Translations under genes and position numbers: made by a program
Shown here: positions 52,698 through 56,718 of the stretch, in pieces
Layout of the letters: every line of letters starts with the position of its first letter
Position numbering within the stretch: the stretch's first letter is position 1
From: a virus
Lineage: Duplodnaviria > Caudoviricetes
Length of the DNA: 56,718 nucleotides
Reading direction: 5' to 3' (one strand)
Virus record (IMG/VR): IMGVR_UViG_3300050343_000137
Location: 1-56,718 of that record
Notes under the pieces: generated by a model
Seen by the model: the letters and a program-made list of their open reading frames with translations, nothing else
What the model was told of the DNA's origin: nothing
The model's database searches: none

Positions 52698-53036
52698 TTA
52701 TCCTTCCCCTTGAATCACCATTTCTTTATATGTTGCCTTACCGATTCTTTTAGCTTCGGCATATTTACCCCCTAAGCCTTCATTAGAAGGCTCTGTGATA
52801 GGGGTGTAAACGATTGTAGGGTATTTAGAACCTGCATTTTGTAGAGTCTTTGTATACCCTTCACGGTTACCACTGTTTAAGAAATCTTTAACAGTATATT
52901 TTCCAGCATTATTAGGAATGCTTCTAGCACCTAATGGCATCGGTGTTGTACCTTTTTGAGTTGGTATAACGTAACCCTTAAACGCGTTATTGTCGTCGAA
53001 TGTTTTTCCTAATTTACTCATTGTATTTTTATTCAT
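52698..53036 (-). CDS. Hypothetical basic early protein
   Basis: Start MNKN at 53036 after an AAAGGA RBS. Confidence 0.65.
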   Translation of the reverse strand: MNKNTMSKLGKTFDDNNAFKGYVIPTQKGTTPMPLGARSIPNNAGKYTVKDFLNSGNREGYTKTLQNAGSKYPTIVYTPITEPSNEGLGGKYAEAKRIGKATYKEMVIQGEG

Positions 53037-53388
53037 TTTATTTTTTCCTTTTTGAGAATCTAGAGTTTTACTTGAGATTTTCAAGTGGTCTAAATTCTCG
53101 GTTTTTCTTAATGTCATACTATAAATTTACCATGAACCATAGATTTAGACTGTAGTATTTCACAAAAAAATTTATATTTCCATAAACATATATAGAGGTA
53201 AAAAAGTCAATTGCTATAAGGGTTTTTCATGGTCACCCCTATACCCCCCTATATTTTTTTTTAGATTTCCAAAAATAATTCGTCAATTTTACCTCGAAAA
53301 GTGCTCAAGACTTTTTATTTTAGGTGATAGCTTAGAATCTTTTCTAACCTAAATAAATACCGTGTAACTGGTTACACTCTAAACATAT

Positions 53389-53531
53389 TTCAGATTCAGA
53401 ATTTCAGATTCAGAAATTCAGATTCAGATTCAGATTCAGATTCAAAATTTTAATTTCATATATAGGATTTTGATTTCCATATATGTAGGATTTCAATTTC
53501 ATATATATAGGATTCTATTTTCATATATTGG
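53389..53531. repeat. TTCAGA hexamer run followed by four 20-23 bp AT-rich repeats
   Basis: Eight TTCAGA plus TTCAAA (53389-53446); ATTTTAATTTCATATATAGG-like x4 (53447-53531). Confidence 0.85.
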
Positions 53532-53602
53532 TAATATTTACCATTTTAAAATCTAAGTTATTTGACGTAAAAAATCTATATAAATTTACTTAGATTTCAT
53601 AT

Positions 53603-53633
53603 ACACTACATATGGTATAGAACATATGTTCGA
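53603..53633. promoter_or_regulatory. Abutting NrdR-like box and LexA (SOS) box
   Basis: ACACTACATATGGTAT (53603-53618) and TAGAACATATGTTCGA (53618-53633; GAAC-N4-GTTC). Confidence 0.65.
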
Positions 53634-53729
53634 TTTTGCTCCAGTTACTAATTCTGGTCTGGACTTTTTTTTATTATGAGCTCCATTAGTGAGCCCTAAA
53701 TACTCCGGAGGATTTACCATGGAACTGGG

Positions 53730-53891
53730 TTATTTATATAATCCCCAGTTAACCATGTCCCTCACGAATGAGGCGGCACTCTCGAAGTGCTCGTTCCACC
53801 CTGCGGCTTCCTCGCAAGCGTAGAGCGAACAGTATTCACCGCAACCTTCGTCCATTGCGTCTAATACCATTGTGAATTCTTTAATTTTCAT
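53730..53891 (-). CDS. 53-aa acidic early protein
   Basis: AAGGAG RBS, own promoter; MKIKEFTMVLDAMDEGCGEYC... Confidence 0.7.
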   Translation of the reverse strand: MKIKEFTMVLDAMDEGCGEYCSLYACEEAAGWNEHFESAASFVRDMVNWGLYK

Positions 53892-53919
53892 TGTGTCTCC
53901 TTGTTTGTCTTATACTATA

Positions 53920-53948
53920 AGTATATCATATAATCTAAATTAATGCAA
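53920..53948 (-). promoter_or_regulatory. Early promoter (repeated family)
   Basis: TTGCAT-17-(TGa)TATACT. Confidence 0.85.
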
Positions 53949-53965
53949 ATCAAATAGAAGATTTT

Positions 53966-54265
53966 TTAAACTTTTTTTATGTTCTGGAAATCTTCTAAAG
54001 TGTTGGTAAAAGTCCATTCAGATTTTACAATTTTAGCCATAATAGAATCTTCACCTAATTGCCACGCTATAAAATTAATATAATCTTTAATGGCTTCTGC
54101 TTGTTCTGCTGTGTCTGTTACCGTTGTAAACTCAATAGACTCTTCAGCAATACCTAACCATGAACCGTTACATTCTTTAGTCGTCCAACCGCTAACCATC
54201 TTATTAATACCATCGTTAGCATCTTTAATAACTGCTGGTACTGTTCTTAATGTTAATTCGTACAT
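53966..54265 (-). CDS. Small alpha/beta protein, possible SAM lyase / DUF3574-like
   Basis: Start MYEL with GGAAGGA RBS; GWT...NGSWLG..EES...LGEDSIM pattern. Confidence 0.45.
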   Translation of the reverse strand: MYELTLRTVPAVIKDANDGINKMVSGWTTKECNGSWLGIAEESIEFTTVTDTAEQAEAIKDYINFIAWQLGEDSIMAKIVKSEWTFTNTLEDFQNIKKV

Positions 54266-54317
54266 TTTTTGTCCTTCCGTTTTTTTGGTGGGGGTAAATA
54301 CCCCCCCCGTTATTTTG

Positions 54318-54482
54318 TTACGCGTTGGTAACAAATGTAATCATAATGAACGTAAGAGACAGCATGTCCAAAATAAATTGGCTGTAGTCTCTTCTTAGTC
54401 CAAGTCCATAACCCTTGGTATCTGTAAAATACCAGTTGCCACGGTCAGTCTTTTTGTATCCTGTAATTGTTTGTTTTTTCAT
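54318..54482 (-). CDS. 54-aa early protein with hydrophobic C-terminus
   Basis: MKKQTITGYKKTDRGNWYF...; starts 9 nt after a -10 element. Confidence 0.5.
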   Translation of the reverse strand: MKKQTITGYKKTDRGNWYFTDTKGYGLGLRRDYSQFILDMLSLTFIMITFVTNA

Positions 54483-54491
54483 TATGTATAT

Positions 54492-54520
54492 ACTATATCA
54501 CTAAATGTTATTTATGTCAA
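54492..54520 (-). promoter_or_regulatory. Early promoter
   Basis: TTGACA-17-(TGa)TATAGT. Confidence 0.85.
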
Positions 54521-54597
54521 ATCCTAAAAGCCTGTAAACACTGGGGTTATAAAATTATTTTATTTTTTTTTCTAAAATCAGTAAATTTTTTTAAAAC

Positions 54598-54852
54598 TTG
54601 TCACTAGTAACTTATGTAATGAAAAATACTATAAAAATCTTAGTCACCGATATAAAGGAACTAAGTAGCCTACACAAGCAAGCGTTGACTATCTTTCACG
54701 ATAATTATGATAGATACGATTTTATTATGACAGCTCTTTCATTTGTATTAATTGCAAGTGGATTTGTTTTAATAGGTCTTAACTTTCAAATTACAGGAAG
54801 GCTCGTTCTCGGTCTTGCTCTATACCTATTCTTTTGGTGGTCTTGTTACTAG
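54598..54852 (+). CDS. Small two-TM membrane protein (start uncertain)
   Basis: Two hydrophobic segments in the C-terminal half. Confidence 0.5.
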   Translation: MSLVTYVMKNTIKILVTDIKELSSLHKQALTIFHDNYDRYDFIMTALSFVLIASGFVLIGLNFQITGRLVLGLALYLFFWWSCY

Positions 54853-54872
54853 ACCATCAAAGGAAATAGCAA

Positions 54873-54918
54873 ACCCAACATATTGTGGTACTACATATAG
54901 TGGTACTACATATGGGAT
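54873..54918. promoter_or_regulatory. Three tandem NrdR-box-like sites at 15-bp period
   Basis: ACCCAACATATTGTGG, GTACTACATATAGTGG, GTACTACATATGGGAT. Confidence 0.6.
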
Positions 54919-55009
54919 GCCCGTCTAGGTCTGGAGACCCAATGGAATTTTCTTGATTCCCTCCGGAGAAACATTACAAACTCGTATATGCTCCGGAGGA
55001 TTTTCACAA

Positions 55010-55093
55010 GGTTTCAAGATTGTGAAAGTCGGGTACTTCAGAGCCTCTGTGCGAGGGCTATTTCCCAGTCTGTCTTCACAACCTTAACCTTAT
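55010..55093 (-). ncRNA. Candidate early small RNA (rod-like)
   Basis: Follows the promoter at 55100-55128; AAGGUUGUGAAG/UUUCACAAUCUU outer stem, inner AGCCCUC/GAGGCU. Confidence 0.55.
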
Positions 55094-55099
55094 ATTATA

Positions 55100-55128
55100 A
55101 GTATATCATACCTTTACAAATAATGCAA
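55100..55128 (-). promoter_or_regulatory. Early promoter (repeated family)
   Basis: TTGCAT-17-(TGa)TATACT. Confidence 0.85.
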
Positions 55129-55158
55129 ATCATTTATAAAGTTTTTTTTGAAGCTGGG

Positions 55159-56092
55159 TTATATTTCAAACCCAGTTTCAATGTCGTCTAAGATTCTATT
55201 TGCAGTCTTTTGAATTCTGCTTAGAGATTCTTTAACTAATTTCTTAGTGTCTTCTTTGCCCCAGCTTGCGATATAACCGAAGCTGTAAAGCGTCTTCGTC
55301 GCTATGGATGCCTAGCGCTTCAGCCACTATGAAGGCGACGCCTTCGGCTTCTGTCTCATACCTAGCACGGTTTTGGCGATAGTCTTTAATATCTGCGTGC
55401 ATAATCATATGAGCCACTTCGTGAATTAAAGTTTTAACTTTATATCCGAAGTCTGCGTTTTCATCTATAACAATCTGCTTCTCTTCGTGTGAGCAATAAC
55501 CGTCTGCGCCTCGTGCGTTACCCATCACAACTTTGAAGCCATGAACGTCTGCTAATCTAATGAAGTCTGCAAATACATTAAAGTCTGCGTTCGCCACTAC
55601 ATCTTTGACCATTGAAAATGTTGTTGTTAATTCATCACCTTCTGTTTGATTAATTCCAAACACTGGCACCGACATGAACCCCATCATTTTTTTAGCTATT
55701 CTATGTGAAGAGTTAACCCCACAAAAATTTGTTCTAGTGAATTTATTCCATATAGTCTTACGACCAAAAGAAGTACATCCTTTTTGTATGCATACAAAGC
55801 CCATTCTAGGAGCTAATATCCACATAGCCTTTTCACCAGCTTTAATTGTTCTGCCGACTTTTTCCCACTGCTTAGCACCACGTACAGAAGATGGAAGATT
55901 GTCCCAGCCTCTTAATATAGATTCAAGCCAAATCAACTGGGTATTATTCCAGCTGTATGCCTTTTCACCTTTAACAAAGTGTAAGTAGCTTTTCCAGTCG
56001 TTAGATTCAATCAATGCATCAATAGAGTTTTCTAGAGATGCCGATATATTCTCAACAATTTCTTGATTGCTAAGTTTATTTTTAGTAGTCAT
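55159..56092 (-). CDS. ArdC-like anti-restriction protein: ssDNA-binding domain plus zincin (HEXXH) domain; indel near the 3' end
   Basis: YSWNNTQLI, V.G.KQW.K.GR.IK.GEKAMWILAP, LIHEVAH, ETEAEGVAFIV; corrected end YSFGYIASW...RIQKTANRIL. Confidence 0.8.
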
Positions 56093-56122
56093 TTTTAACC
56101 TTTCGTGTTGTCTTATAATATA

Positions 56123-56151
56123 AGTATATCATATATAGCAAATTAATGCAA
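56123..56151 (-). promoter_or_regulatory. Early promoter (repeated family)
   Basis: TTGCAT-17-(TGa)TATACT. Confidence 0.85.
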
Positions 56152-56173
56152 ATCAGATATAGGATTTTTTTAC

Positions 56174-56200
56174 AAAAAAAAGCTGGTACTAAGACCAGCC
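56174..56200 (-). terminator. Rho-independent terminator
   Basis: Minus strand GCTGGT-cttagt-ACCAGC followed by a T run. Confidence 0.8.
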
Positions 56201-56208
56201 TTTTAATT

Positions 56209-56457
56209 TTAATCTTCAGAATCTAAAAGGTCTTTTAACCTTTCTTGTTCTGCATAATTTTGGTCGGCTAATTCTTCCATTGTTATGATGGAATAGCCGT
56301 CAAAATAATTATCTTCACCGAAAAATTCTGCAATTTCTTCGTCAAAGTCTGACATTATGCAACCTTGTTCAGTTTCGTACACTTCTTTGAAGCGTAATTC
56401 TGACATATCAGTATTCACTGTATACCTACTTTCTATTAGTTTTTTTCTCTTATTCAT
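56209..56457 (-). CDS. Hypothetical acidic early protein
   Basis: 82-aa ORF followed by a terminator. Confidence 0.6.
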   Translation of the reverse strand: MNKRKKLIESRYTVNTDMSELRFKEVYETEQGCIMSDFDEEIAEFFGEDNYFDGYSIITMEELADQNYAEQERLKDLLDSED

Positions 56458-56477
56458 TTAACTAATAGAGACGAATC

Positions 56478-56669
56478 TTATCGCCTTTTAATTACTTGCT
56501 TAGGTAGTACAAATATAATCATGTACATAAAGCCAAGCCACAAGGGTAGCAAAGCTAAATCTAAGCCGTTGAAAATTCCATCACCAGTCAAATCAAAACT
56601 GTTAATGAGATAGTCATTGCAATATTGTTCTTTCAAACTAACTCCTCCATTTTGAAATAGTATCTTCAT
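56478..56669 (-). CDS. Hypothetical membrane protein (start uncertain)
   Basis: Hydrophobic C-terminal helix followed by KRR. Confidence 0.5.
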   Translation of the reverse strand: MKILFQNGGVSLKEQYCNDYLINSFDLTGDGIFNGLDLALLPLWLGFMYMIIFVLPKQVIKRR

Positions 56670-56718
56670 TTAATAACATTGTTAAGGCACTTAGATAACC
56701 TTCGTCATAGTAAATATC

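Noticed and set aside
53319-53352. IdeR/DtxR or Fur/PerR box
   Set aside because: Half-sites are present but spacing does not fit either consensus; too weak in AT-rich DNA.
51107-53531. CRISPR or mini-CRISPR array
   Set aside because: Repeats are short, degenerate and lack spacer-length unique sequences; no cas genes are present.
55010-55093. Hammerhead ribozyme (GAAA and CUGA present)
   Set aside because: Only one stem lies between GAAA and CUGA, and the core reads CUGAAGU rather than CUGANGA.
1-56092. Many split genes as pseudogenes or programmed frameshifts
   Set aside because: Breaks hit essential genes (capsid, tail terminator, tape measure), often at homopolymers, and cluster at about 6.1-6.4, 19.6-20.3 and 25.2-27.0 kb. 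They are best explained as long-read consensus errors.
1-56718. Alternative genetic code (stop-codon reassignment)
   Set aside because: Breaks are frame changes, not in-frame stops, and TAA, TAG and TGA all end intact genes.
1-56718. tRNA genes, integrase, transposons
   Set aside because: No T-loop signatures or recombinase/transposase motifs noticed by eye; tRNAscan-SE would be needed to exclude tRNAs firmly.

Overview
This AT-rich (roughly one-third GC by eye) window is part of a long-tailed siphovirus-type phage genome. The host is most likely a low-GC actinobacterium, possibly marine Ca. Actinomarina-like; this is inferred from gpgS, an r1t-type holin, the tail chaperone type and actinobacterial operator and promoter motifs. 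1-36.8 kb (+) is the virion module: end of the HK97-type capsid gene, connectors, tail tube, tail chaperones with a -1 slippery site, tape measure, tail tip, and about 17 kb of modular fibre and glycine-rich genes. An HTH/Zn-finger, FmdB and AIPR-like block is inserted among the connectors. 36.8-46.7 kb (+) holds a sulfotransferase/APS kinase/nucleotidyltransferase trio, a metallophosphoesterase, lysis genes, a large FN3 membrane protein, Cys-rich micro-ORFs and a thermonuclease. 46.7-56.7 kb is mostly (-) and accessory/early: gpgS, an isolated small terminase, ArdC-like and SAM-lyase-like genes behind repeated strong promoters. The most novel signals are non-coding: an iteron plus 13-mer origin, clustered host-repressor-like boxes (NrdR x6, LexA, Rex, LacI-like), PafBC-type promoters and four candidate structured RNAs. 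Many genes are split by single-base indels that look like long-read errors. All family calls come from motif recognition by eye, not from database searches.
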